Shown one piece after another: positions 42,001 to 54,522 of a DNA stretch of 64,000 bases (position 1 is the first letter of the stretch; each line of letters begins with the position of its first letter). The translations under genes were made by a program, and so were the position numbers. The notes beneath the pieces are model-generated. The model ran no database searches. It saw only the letters and a program-made list of their open reading frames with translations, and had not been told where the DNA came from. Source of the DNA: Dendrobates tinctorius (taxonomy: Eukaryota); the NCBI RefSeq assembly GCF_039654945.1, contig NW_027361692.1, forward strand, positions 2,728,001-2,792,000. The letters are read 5' to 3'.

Positions 42001-45000
42001 CAAAATATATGTCTATAGATCAGGAGGCAGGCTCAAACGGTGTAAGGCCCAGTATGGATTACACGTGATTGCACAAAGGTGACAAAGGGTACCGTATCAC
42101 CGGATAACATGTATGGATAGCAAAGTGTACACATTCAAAATATATGTCTATGGATCAGGAGGCAGGCTCAAACGGTGTCAGGCCCAGTATGGATTACACG
42201 TGATTGCACAAAGGTGAGAAAGGGTAACGTATCCCCGGATAACATGTATGGATAGCATAGTGTACAGATTCAAAATATATGTCTATAGATCAGGAGGCAG
42301 GCTCAAACGGTGTCAGGCCTATTATGGATTACACGTGATTGCACAAAGGTGAGAAAGGGTACCGTATCCCCGGATAACATGTATGGATAGCATAGTGTAC
42401 ACATTCAAAATATATGTCTATAGATCAGGAGGCAGGCTCAAGCGGTGTAAGGCCCAGTATGGATTACACGTGATTGCACAAAGGTGAGAAAGGGTACCGT
42501 ATCACCGGATAACATGTATGGATAGCAAAGTGTACACATTCAAAATATATGTCTATAGATCAGGAGGCAGGCTCAAACGGTGTCAGGCCCAGTATGGATT
42601 ACACGTGATTGCACAAAGGTGAGAAAGGGTACCGTATCACCGGATAACATGTATGGATAGCATAGTGTACACATTCAAAAATATATGTCTATAGATCAGG
42701 AGGCAGGTTCAAACTGTGTAATGCCAGTATGGATTACACGTGATTGCACAAAGGTGACAAAGGGTACCGTATCACCGGATAACATGTATGGATAGCAAAG
42801 TGTACACATTCAAAATATATGTCTATAGATCAGGAGGCAGGCTCAAATGGTGTCAGGCCCAGTATGGATTACACGTGATTGCACAAAGGTGAGAAAGGGT
42901 ACCGTATCCCCGGATAACATGTATGGATAGCATAGTGTACACATTCAAAATATATTTCTATAGATCAGGAGGCAGGCTCAAGCGGTGTAAGGCCCAGTAT
43001 GGATTACACGTGATTGCACAAAGGTGAGAAAGGGTACCGTATCACCGGATAACATGTATGGATAGCAAAGTGTACACATTCAAAATATATGTCTATAGAT
43101 CAGGAGGCAGGCTCAAACGGTGTCAGGCCCAGTATGGATTACACGTGATTGCACAAAGGTGAGAAAGGGTACCGTATCACCGGATAACATGTATGGATAG
43201 CATAGTGTACACATTCAAAAATATATGTCTATAGATCAGGAGGCAGGTTCAAACTGTGTAAGGCCAGTATGGATTACACGTGATTGCACAAAGGTGACAA
43301 AGGGTACCGTATCACCGGATAACATGTATGGATAGCAAAGTGTACACATTCAAAATATATGTCTATAGATCAGGAGGCAGGCTCAAACGGTGTCAGGCCC
43401 AGTATGGATTACACGTGATTGCACAAAGGTGAGAAAGGGTACCGTATCCCCGGACAACATGTATGGATAGCATAGTGTACAGATTCAAAATATATGTCTA
43501 TAGATCAGGAGGCAGGCTCAAACGGTGTCAGGCCTAGTATGGATTACACGTGATTGCACAAAGATGAGAAAGGGTACCATATCCCCGGATAACATGTATG
43601 GATAGCATAGTGTACACATTCAAAATATATGTCTATAGATCAGGAGGCAGGCTCAGACGGTGTCAGGCCCAGTATGGATTACACGTGATTGCACAAAGGT
43701 GAGAAAGGGTACCGTATCACCGGATAACATGTATGGATAGCATAGTGTACACATTCAAAATATATGTCTATAGATCAGGAGGCAGGCTCAAACGGTGTAA
43801 GGCCCAGTATGGATTACACGTGATTGCACAAAGGTGAGAAAGGGTACCGTATCACCGGATAACATGTATGGATAGCATAGTGTACACATTCAAAATATAT
43901 GTCTATAGATCAGGAGGCAGGCTCAAACGGTGTCAGGCCCAGTATGGATTACACGTGATTGCACAAAGGTGAGAAAGGGTACCGTATCACCGGATAACAT
44001 GTATGGATAGCATAGTGTACACATTCAAAATATATGTCTATAGTTTAGGAGGCAGGCTCAAACGGTGTCAGGCCCAGTATGGAATACACGTGATTGCACA
44101 AAGGTGAGAAAGGGTACCGTATCCCGGGATAACATGTATGGATAGCATAGTGTACACATTCAAAATATATGTCTATAGATCAGGAGGCAGGCTCAAACGG
44201 TGTCAGGCCCAGTATGGATTACACATGATTGCACAAAGGTGAGAAAGGGTACCGTATCACCGGATAACATGTATGGATAGCATAGTGTACACATTCAAAA
44301 TATATGTCTATAGATCAGGAGGCAGGCTCAAACGGTGTAAGGCCCAGTATGGATTACACGTGATTGCACAAAGGTGACAAAGGGTACCGTATCACCGGAT
44401 AACATGTATGGATAGCAAAGTGTACACTTTCAAAATATATGTCTATGGATCAGGAGGCAGGCTCAAACGGTGTCAGGCCCAGTATGGATTACACGTGATT
44501 ACACAAAGGTGAGAAAGGGTAACGTATCCCCGGATAACATGTATAAATATCATAGTGTACACATTCAAAATATATGTCTATAGATCAGGAGGCAGGCTCA
44601 AACGGTGTAAGGCCCAGTATGGATTACACGTGATTGCACAAAGGTGAGAAAGGGTACCGTATCCCCGGATAACATGTATGGATAGCATAGTGTACACATT
44701 CAAAATATATGTCTATAGATCAGGAGGCAGGCTCAAACGGTGTAAGGCCCAGTATGGATTACACGTGATTGCACAAAGGTGAGAAAGGGTACCGTATCCC
44801 CGGATAACATGTATGGATAGCATAGTGTACACATTCAAAATATATGTCTATAGATCAGGAGGCAGGCTCAAACGGTGTAAGGCCCAGTATGGATTACACG
44901 TGATTGCACAAAGGTGAGAAAGGGTACCGTATCACCGGATAACATGTATGGATAGCATAGTGTACACATTCAAAATATATGTCTATAGATCAGGAGGCAG

Positions 45001-45974
45001 GCTCAGACGGTGTCAGGCCCAGTATGGAATACACATGATTGCACAAAGGTGAGAAAGGGTACCGTATCACCGGATAACATGTATGGATAGCATAGTGTAC
45101 ACATTCAAAATATATGTCTATAGATCAGGAGGCAGGCTCAAACGGTGTAAGGCCCAGTATGGATTACACGTGATTGCACAAAGGTGACAAAGGGTACCGT
45201 ATCACCGGATAACATGTATGGATAGCAAAGTGTAGACATTCAAAATATATGTCTATAGATCAGGAGGCAGGCTCAAACGGTGTCAGGCCCAGTATGGATT
45301 ACACGTGATTGCACAAAGGTGAGAAAGGGTACCGTATCACCGGATAACATGTATGGATAGCATAGTGTACACATTCAAAATATATGTCTATAGATCAGGA
45401 GGCAGGCTCAAACGTTGTCAGGCCCAGTATGGATTACACGTGATTGCACAAAGGTGAGAAAGGGTACCGTATCACCGGATAACATGTATGGATAGCATAG
45501 TGTACACATTCAAAATATATGTCTATAGATTTGGAGGCAGGCTCAAACGGTGTCAGGCCCAGTATGGAATACACGTGATTGCACAAAGGTGAGAAAGGGT
45601 ACCGTATCCCCGGATAACATGTATGGATAGCATAGTGTACAGATTCAAAATATATGTCTATAGATCAGGAGGCAGGCTCAAACGGTGTCAGGCCCAGTAT
45701 GGCTTACACGTGATTGCACAAAGGTGAGAAAGGGTACCGTATCACCGGATAACATGTATGGATAGCATAGTGTACACATTCAAAATATATGTCTATAGAT
45801 CAGGAGGCAGGCTCAAACGGTGTAAGGCCCAGTATGGATTACACGTGATTGCACAAAGGTGACAAAGGGTACCGTATCACCGGATAACATGCATGGACAG
45901 CATAGTGTACACATTCAAAATATATGTCTATAGATCAGGAGGCAGGCTCAGACGGTGTCAGGCCCAGTATGGAT
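39011..45974. repeat. 135-bp tandem array, segment 3 (~52 units)
   Basis: Highly homogeneous units with recurrent diagnostic variants. Confidence 0.97.
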
Positions 45975-46393
45975 TTGACGGCCTAGAGTACACAGCGGAG
46001 GAGCAAGGAGAGGTAAAGATTGCAAATGCTGGGGCCCTGCCCAAGCAAGGGGGGCCCACTCCTGGGCGTCGGTACTGGCACTGGGCCCCTCATAGTACGG
46101 CGGTGTGTCTGACGGCGGGTGTGCACCACCACCGTCAGAGACACTTGATTGCACTATGAGGGACCAGGTGCCAGTGCCCGCGCCCAAGAGTCGGCCTACC
46201 CACCTGTCCAGGGCAACGGCACTCACACGGTTTCGTGCGCTAGGTGGTGACCCCGGCCATGGGGGGGAAGCAGCACAGTTAGGGAGTTTTAGAAAGTGGC
46301 ATATGTTGATGTTGGACATTCAGCTGATGCAAAAGGCGAAATTGTTCAAGTCCCAGGAAGAAGAGGACCAAAGCAAGCCATTTTTCTGTCACC

Positions 46394-49300
46394 CTATGTG
46401 TCATCAGGGGAAGGTCGGACAAAATCCTTGGAAACCCATGCATGGTTCATTTTAATGAAGGTTAGATCATCCACATTTTGGGTTGACAGACGGGTCCTTT
46501 TTTCTGTCAGGATTGATCCAGCTGCACTGAAGACTCTTTCCGATAGCACACTTGCAGCTGGGCAAGCGAGCTCCTGTAAGGCATATTGTGCCAGGTCAGG
46601 CCAGGTGTCCAGTTTAGCGGCCCAATAGTCAAAGGGGAATGACCTGTGCGGGAGAACATCGATATTGGAGGAAACGTTGTTTGTAACCATAGTTGACAAC
46701 TGCTATCTCCTGTCACTTTCCATCGATGCATTATTACCAGTTGTGTGAGCGGTACTTGAAAAATCAGTCCACAACATTGTCATGAAACCCCTGTCTCCAA
46801 CGCCACTTCTGCTGTGTGCACCACGAACACCTCTGCCAAGCTGCCCCCGGCCCGTACGGCTCGTGTTAGAACCATCACCACTGCTGTGTGCTGGGAATGC
46901 CTCAACCAACCGGTTTACCAGAGTTGCTTGTTTATTAGCCAATATTAGGTCAAGGTTCTCGTGTGGCATGATGTTTTGTAATTTGCCTTTATAGCGTGGA
47001 TCCAGGATGCTGGCCAACCAGCAGTCGTCATCGCTCATCATTTTGGCAATGCGGGGTCCCTTTTTAGGATCTGCAAGGCATAACCTGACATGTGGGCCAA
47101 TGTTCCTGGTGTCAATGATGCACTGCGAGTGCTGGTTGAAGGAGCACTTTCTGGCAAATCCACATCCCTCCAGTCACGCACAAACCCTGTACCAGACCTT
47201 GCCACGCCAACATTTTCACTTGCCCCACGAGATGCATCCTCCTCCCCTAAGTAATCATCCCCATCATCATCCTCCTCCTCCTCTTCTTCCTCCACCTCGT
47301 CCAGGAGAGGTCCCTGAGCAGACAATGGCTGAATGTCATCAGGGATTCCCTCCACCTCTTCCTCCTCGTCAACATTGGCTGCAGACGCCTGCTCCTTAAG
47401 GTGCGTCAAAGTTTGCATGAGCAGACGCATAAGTGGGATGCTCATGCTTAGGATGACGTCGTCTGCGCTTACCAGCCGTGTGCATTCCTCAAAACACTGA
47501 AGGACTTTACAGAGGTCTTTCAGCTTCGACCACTGCACACCTGTCAACTCCATGTCTGCTCTCAAAGTGCCTGGCCGTGTATCCTCCCACAAATGCATTA
47601 TGGCCTGCCTCTGTTTGCACAGCCGCTTAACCATGTGCAGGGTGGAGTTCCACCTTGTTGCAATGTCGATAATGAGGCGGTGGTTGGGAAGGTGGAGCAA
47701 TCGCTGCAGCTTCTGCATACGAATGGAGTGTACAGGCGACCGGCGGATGTGCGCGCACAGTCTTCGCACCTTCTGGAGCAGGGCTGTTAACTCCGGATAA
47801 TTGCTGAGGAAGCACTGCACCACCAGGTTCAAGGTGTGAGCCAAGCAAGGTATGTGGCTGAGTTTTGAAAGGGCTATGGCTGCCACAAAATTACGGCCGT
47901 TATCACTAACTACCTTGCCTGCCCCAAGATGTATACTGCCCAGCCATGACTCAGTTTGTCGCTGAAAGTACTCGGCAAGCACCTTCGCGGTATGTCTGTC
48001 GCCCAAACACATCTTCTGCAACACAGCCTGCTGACGTTTTCCACTAGCTGCTCGATAGGGGGACACCTCGTGTGCAACAGTGGCAGCTGCAGATGGAGTG
48101 CTCGTACGACTGCGCTCTGTGGACGAGCTTTCGCTTCTGGAGGAGGAGGAGGAGGGTTGAACGCCTACAGCCAACTGTTTCCTATACCGTGGGCTAGGCA
48201 GCACTGTCCCACCACCGCTGTCCCCTGTGGACCCTACATCCACCGCATTAACCCAGTGCGCAGTGATGGACACGAAACAGCCCTTGCCATGCCAACTGGA
48301 CCATGCATCTGTTGTGAGGTGCACCTTTCCACTCACTGACTGCTTGAGTGCATGGACAATGCGGTCTTTCACATGATGGTGGAGGGCTGGGATGGCTTTG
48401 CGAGAGAAGAAGTGGCGACTGGGTAGGTCATAGCGTGGTACTGCATAGGCCATGAGTTCGCGGAAAGCTGCGCTTTCCACCAACCGATAGTGCATCATCT
48501 CTAATGAGATTAGTTTGGCAATGTGGGCGTTCAAACCCAGTGTACGCGGATGAGAAACTGAGTACTTTCTTGACCTACTCATAATCTCTGGGAGGGTGAG
48601 CTGGACTTGAGAGCTGCATATGGTGGAACTAGCGGTGGACAGGGCGGACTGAGAGAGGGTTGATGATGGTGATGGAGTTGGTGTTCTTTCTGATGGCCTA
48701 GATTCAGTCTTTCGTTGATATAACAGTGGGATTCCCTGACTGCTTTGGCCTTTCAACGACACCTCAACATTTGCTGCTGTGCTAACCAGTGGGCTTACAG
48801 TGGGGGGAAACAATGTAGTGTTGCTGACTACCTTCTTTGTGATCAGTTGCACATGTGGTACTTGAGGTTTGGTGTTGTGTCCACGCTTGCAAGTGCATGC
48901 TGGTTAAATGTCTAAGCATGCAACTGGTATTCAAATTTTTCCGATTTTTCCCTCGGCTAAAGGTCTTTGCGCACTTCTTACAGATAACCTTGGCCTGATC
49001 ATGAGGATTTTGTTCAAAAAAGTGCCACACTGCACTTTTCCCACTTTGGAAGACATTTTGCGGCCTAGCACGCTGTGCTATTTTGACCGTCTGGACAAGC
49101 TGTCCACCAACTCTTTTGATTTTTGGAACCTGTCTTTGGAGTGCTCCGGGCCTGCCAGATAACAGCTGTTGTGATGTCGATGTCTGCTGTGGATGCTCCT
49201 CCTCCTCATCTGAGGTATTGGAAGCAGCACCCTCTTCCCCCAATGGATGCCAATCTGGGTCAACAACTGGGTCATCCATCACCTCCTCTTCAATGTCATG

Positions 49301-49936
49301 TGCACCTTCCTCTGTGTCACCGTGTATGGTGGTATAGTATGCGGGAAGGGGCACCTGAGTCTCATCAGGGTCAGAATCTGACTCATTGCACTGCGAGGAC
49401 AATGTAGTGCTCTGACTGAATGTACCAGCAGAATCATCTGTCAGTGGCTGTGCATCAGTGCACTCCATGTCAGATTCATCTTGGCCTGGGTAATTCACCA
49501 TTTCACTTGATAACCCAGGCATGGTATGTGAAAACAGCTCCATGGAGTAATCAGTTGTATGGCCTGTGTCATCCTTCAATCTTGGTTGGGGTGAAGGACA
49601 CAAGGAAAGGTGTGGTTCATGAACATGACCCTCCAATGACGACTCAGTGCTTTTATTTTTTACAACTTCAGAAGAGGAGGCGATAGAGCTGGAGGCTGAG
49701 TCAGCAATGTAAGCCAAAACTGTTTCCTGATGCTCTGGCTTTAAAAGCGGTTTGCCAACTTCTAGAAAACTAAGCCTTCGAGGCCTTGTGGAGCCAGACG
49801 ATGACGCAGGCTCAACACCTCCTGCATTCGTTCCTATTTTGCTTTTGCCACTACCATCAGTTCCACCACCAACACCATCATTACCAGCTGGCAACCCCCG
49901 CCCAATTACACGGCCTCTTCCACCAGCCTTCCTCAT
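46394..49936 (-). pseudogene. hAT transposase (ZBED-like: BED finger, DDE core, hATC dimerization domain), 2 frameshifts + 1 stop
   Basis: SAVWHFF...CKKC...MLRHLTSMH (BED); LTTDAWS, VSDNG, CLAH, TRWNST; YW..LA..LACPAASVLSERVFS. Spread over ORFs 48782-49936, 47038-48852, 46703-47041 and 46394-46699. Confidence 0.92.
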
Positions 49937-50002
49937 TTTTGGTAAAAATGTACACAAAATCCCACAAACTATATAGTAATGTAAAACAAGGTACAAGGTG
50001 TA

Positions 50003-51655
50003 TATAGGACAGGGGAGACGTAGAATTTCTGAACACACTTGTGGACACTGTTGGATTGTGTGAGGCCCAGTTAATATCACACCGCTATGTCACAGGCTCA
50101 ATGTCGCAGGTGTGAAAAATGTCACTATAGGACAGGGGAGATGTAGAATTTCTGAACACACTTGTGGACACTGTTGTGTGAGGCCCAGTTAATATCACAC
50201 CGCTATGTCACAGGCTCAATGTCGCAGGTGTGAAAAATGTCACTATAGGACAGGGGAGATTTAGAATTTCTGAACACACTTGTGGACACTGTTGGATTGT
50301 GTGAGGCCCAGTTAATATCACACCGCTATGTCACAGGCTCAATGTTGCAGGTGTGAAAAATGTCACTATAGGACAGGGGAGATGTAGAATTTCTGAACAC
50401 ACTTGTGGACACTGTTGTGTGAGGCCCAGTTAATACCACACCGCTATGTCACAGGCTCAATGTCACAGGTGTGAAAAATGTCACTATAGGACAGGGGAGA
50501 TGTAGAATTTCTGAACACACTTGTGGACACTGTTGGATTGTGTGAGGCCCAGTTAATATCACACCGCTATGTCACAGGCTCAATGTCGTAGGTGTGAAAA
50601 ATGTCACTATAGGACAGGGGAGATGTAGAATTTCTGAACACACTTGTGGACACTGTTGGATTGTGTGAGGCCCAGTTAATATCACACCGCTATGTCACAG
50701 GCTCAATGTCGCAGGTGTGAAAAATGTCACTATAGGACAGGGGAGATGTAGAATTTCTGAACACACTTGTGGACACTGTTGTGTGAAGCCCAGTTAATAT
50801 CACACTGCTATGTCACAGGCTCAATGTCGCAGGTGTGAAAAATGTCACTATAGGACAGGGGAGATGTAGAATTTCTGAACACACTTGTGGACACTGTTGT
50901 GTGAGGCCCAGTTAATATCACACCGCTATGTCACAGGCTCAATGTCGTAGGTGTGAAAAATGTCACTATAGGACAGGGGAGATGTAGAATTTCTGAACAC
51001 ACTTGTGGACACTGTTGTGTGAGGCCCAGTTAATATCACACCGCTATGTCACAGGCTCAATGTCGCAGGTGTGAAAAATGTCACTATAGGACAGGGGAGA
51101 TGTAGAATTTCTGAACACACTTGTGGACACTGTTGTGTGAGGCCCAGTTAATATCACACCGCTATGTCACAGGCTCAATGTCGCAGGTGTGAAAAATGTC
51201 ACTATAGGACAGGGGAGATGTAGAATTTCTGAACACACTTGTGGACACTGTTGTGTGAGGCCCAGTTAATATCACACCGCTATGTCACAGGCTCAATGTC
51301 GTAGGTGTGAAAAATGTCACTATAGGTCAGGGGAGATGTAGAATTTCTGAACACACTTGTGGACACTGTTGGATTGTGTGAGGCCCAGTTAATATCACAC
51401 CGCTATGTCACAGGCTCAATGTTGCAGGTGTGAAAAATGACACTATAGGACAGGGGAGATTTAGAATTTCTGAACACACTTGTGGACACTGTTGTGTGAG
51501 GCCCAGTTAATATCACACCGCTATGTCACAGGCTCAATGTCGCAGGTGTGAAAAATGTCACTATAGGACAGGGGAGATGTAGAATTTCTGAACACACTTG
51601 TGGACACTGTTGGATTGTGTGAGGCCCAGTTAATATCACACCGCTATGTCACAGG
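50003..51655. repeat. 118/123-bp tandem array (~14 units)
   Basis: Unit AGGCCCAGTTAATATCACACC...; two lengths differing by a 5-bp indel (50063, 50181, 50304...). Confidence 0.95.
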
Positions 51656-51730
51656 CAGAAATTGACTAGTGTATGACAAACTACAAGGTGTATATAGAAT
51701 TGGGCAGAATAGGAATCTCCCTAGAGTGTA

Positions 51731-52630
51731 GGTCTGTAAGAACGGAACATGTCCTCAACTTATCCTTACAGAGTGACACACAGATAGCTTCACTGTGGCC
51801 CTGATAACAGCTGTTACACGGTACTGAGAGAGGAGCGCGCACGTACACCGCTGTCCGGTGTCCGTAAAATTGTCAAGCTCCGTGTTTTTTAAGTATACGG
51901 ACTGACACACGCTGTCTCTCTATAGTTTTGAATGTGATCAAACAGCAAATATACTTAACTGTTTGAAAAGCAGACAAAACTAGAAGGTGGAGGTCTGTAA
52001 GAACGGAACATGTCCTCGACTTATTCTTACAGAGTGACACACAGATAGCTTCGCTGTGGCCGTGATAACAGCCATTACACGGTACTGAGAGAGGAGAGTG
52101 CACGTACACCGCTGTCCGGTGTCCGTAAAATTGTCAAGCTCCGTGTTTTTTAAGTATACGGACTGACACACGCTGTCTCTCTATAGTTTTGAATGTGATC
52201 AAACAGCAAATATACTTAACTGTTTGAAAAGCAGACAAAACTAGAAGGTGGAGGTCTGTAAGAACGGAACATGTCCTCGACTTATTCTTACAGAGTCACA
52301 CACAGATAGCTTCACTGTGGCCGTGATAACAGCCGTTACACGGTACTGAGAGAGGAGCGTGCACGTACACCGCTGTCCGGTGTCCGTAAAATTGTCAAGC
52401 TCCGTGTTTTTTAAGTATACGGACTGACACACGCTGTCTCTCTATAGTTTTGAATGTGATCAAACAGCAAATATACTTAACTGTTTGAAAAGCAGACAAA
52501 ACTAGAAGGTGGAGGTCTGTAAGAACGGAACATGTCCTCGACTTATTCTTACAGAGTCACACACAGATATCTTCACTGTGGCCATGATAACAGCCGTTAC
52601 ACGGTACTGTGTGAGGAGCGTACACCGCTG
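51731..52630. repeat. 261-bp tandem repeat (~3.4 units)
   Basis: GGTCTGTAAGAACGGAACATGTCC at 51731, 51992, 52253 and 52514. Confidence 0.93.
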
Positions 52631-52954
52631 TATGGTGTGAAAAAATGCACGCTCAGTACCTCACCAGGACAAAAAAAAAAAATTTGGATTGCTTTTAAAA
52701 AAGCAGTTTGCAGAGCAGTGGGAAAACAGCAATGCAGCTATCAGGAAGCCTTATAAGGCAGCCTAACAACCAACACAGCTGATCCAGCAAAATATAGCCT
52801 CCACTTGCACTGCACACACAGTGACTGGTGTGTTGCACAGGCAAAATCGCTAGCAGCAGAAGCAGTTTTTGGTGTCTTCTTCCCTGCCTAATGCTCTCCC
52901 TACAGAATCAGCCGCAGCAGCAGCTGCTCTCCCTATTCTGATATCAGCATGAGT

Positions 52955-53100
52955 AACATGGCGGTCGGCGTGCACGCCCTTTTATACCCCCTGTGACGCC
53001 CCCCAAAGCAAGCCAATCACTTGCATGCCCTTCTCAAAAATGGTGGTGACCCCTGCCTATGTCATCACGTTGCCCACAGTGTCCGTGGATCCTGATTGGC
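52955..53100 (-). promoter_or_regulatory. Putative Pol II promoter of the hAT transposase
   Basis: Two CCAAT boxes, TATAAAA (52986-52980) and a YY1-like GCCATGTT (52962-52955), oriented toward the transposase. Confidence 0.55.
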
Positions 53101-53261
53101 TGAAAAAGGGCGGAAAACAAACTTTTGAAATGCGACTTTGGCGCTAAAGTCGCCGAGCTCGTGGCCGACCTCACCCTAGGGTCGGGTTTCGTTTCATGAA
53201 ACCCGACTTTACCAAAAGTCGGCGACTTGTGAAATTTTTTGACCCGTTTCGCTCAACTCTA

Positions 53262-53400
53262 TTCTCAAGTCCTCTGATAGTTATCTTCCTCTCTTTCTGT
53301 TTTCCATGATTAGTGTGGCACACAGACGCACAATGCAAAGACTGAATCAACTTGTCATCTTTTTATCTGGTTTCACATGTGATTTTCATATTGCCCACAC
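53262..53400 (-). mobile_element. Tc1 relic, right part (5' end of the transposase region)
   Basis: TTCTCAAGTCCTC..TTTTCCATG..TGTGGCACACA parallels 14537-14600. Confidence 0.75.
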
Positions 53401-54007
53401 ATGAGCACAACGGGCCCACCAGAGTTGATGTGCAAGGCTAGAGTGGAGTTGTTGTGATGAACAAGCTCGAAAAATCAATACAGTACATAAACACACATGT
53501 AGTCTCCAGCAGTGTCATTTAGCAAACAACCAATCATCATTACATGATGTGCTTTCAAAAAATCATGGTTACATCCCATTATGACAATTAGAAGATGTTA
53601 TGTGGTATCTATAGTCCAAAGTTTTTCCTGAAGCCACTGTGACCTTAAAGCTCATGGTGACCCAAGATAATCGGCTTCAGTAAATGCTACAACTTTACTT
53701 AGTCATTAATCATTTTTCTTCCTACCATGGAATGTGTGGTTTTCTAAGCTGAATTATCTTTAGTTATTTTAAGCTATGACTAAGTAAAGTAAAGGCGTAT
53801 CTAAAGGGATATGTGAAAGGGTATTTATTATATAGTAATTAATTGTCCCACCACTGGGACCATTGAGGTGTGTAAGAACATGCAGGTTCCTCTTCTGTTA
53901 GCCTTTCCCCTCTCTTCATCCCGCTGTACATGAACAGTCAGCAGTCCAGAAATGCATTTATTAGTAAAAAAGGCTTAAGTACATGTATACAATTTTCGTT
54001 TATGTAA

Positions 54008-54522
54008 AAGGAACCTGTCATGTAAAACAATGCTATTAACCTGCAAATATGGGGGATAATCTGCAAATTAATAGCGTTCTGACACCGTGCAGTGCCTGGA
54101 ATGAGAGCCTCATTGCTGGGAGGAAATTAACTTTTTTGCTCCCCACAGCTTCGCTCTATCAGTCATGGGGTTGTACCTTCACAGTAACCGTGTCCCCGGC
54201 ACTGAATGACAGCAGGCTCTAATGCTGAGCTCTCAGTGAGTGACAGGGCATGGTTACAGCTGCTGCTATCTACTGTATATACAGAGCGGTGGCTAAAAAT
54301 GTGTTGGCACCACCCCATGACTGAAAGAGCGAAGTTTCTGTGGGGAATAATGTACAGCACCATGGAATCAATGGTGCTATATAAATAAATAATAATAATA
54401 ATAATTTCCTCCCGGCAGCAGTACTCTCAGTGCCGACGCTGCACGGTGTCAGAACGCTATTAACATACAGATTAAACACCATATCTGCATTTTGATAGTG
54501 CTATTTTACCGACAAGTTCCCT
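54008..54522. mobile_element. T2/Kolobok-type palindromic MITE
   Basis: AAGGAACCTGTCA ... GACAAGTTCCCT followed by TTAA; long internal inverted symmetry. Confidence 0.7.

Larger units (their letters stand above)
26973..53261 (-). mobile_element. Giant hAT transposon (26,289 bp including nested insertions)
   Basis: TIR TAGAGTTGAGCGA / TCGCTCAACTCTA; perfect 8-bp TSD TTCTCAAG (26965-72, 53262-69); CCGAC/GTCGG-rich subterminal motifs at both ends; hAT transposase inside; the Tc1 host sequence resumes exactly after the TSD. Confidence 0.93.

Noticed and set aside
28799-45974. Regular repeat array as CRISPR-like
   Set aside because: Head-to-tail identical units with no unique spacers, no cas genes, eukaryotic context.
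46394-49936. Domesticated ZBED host gene
   Set aside because: Frameshifts and a stop; flanked by TIRs and a TSD.
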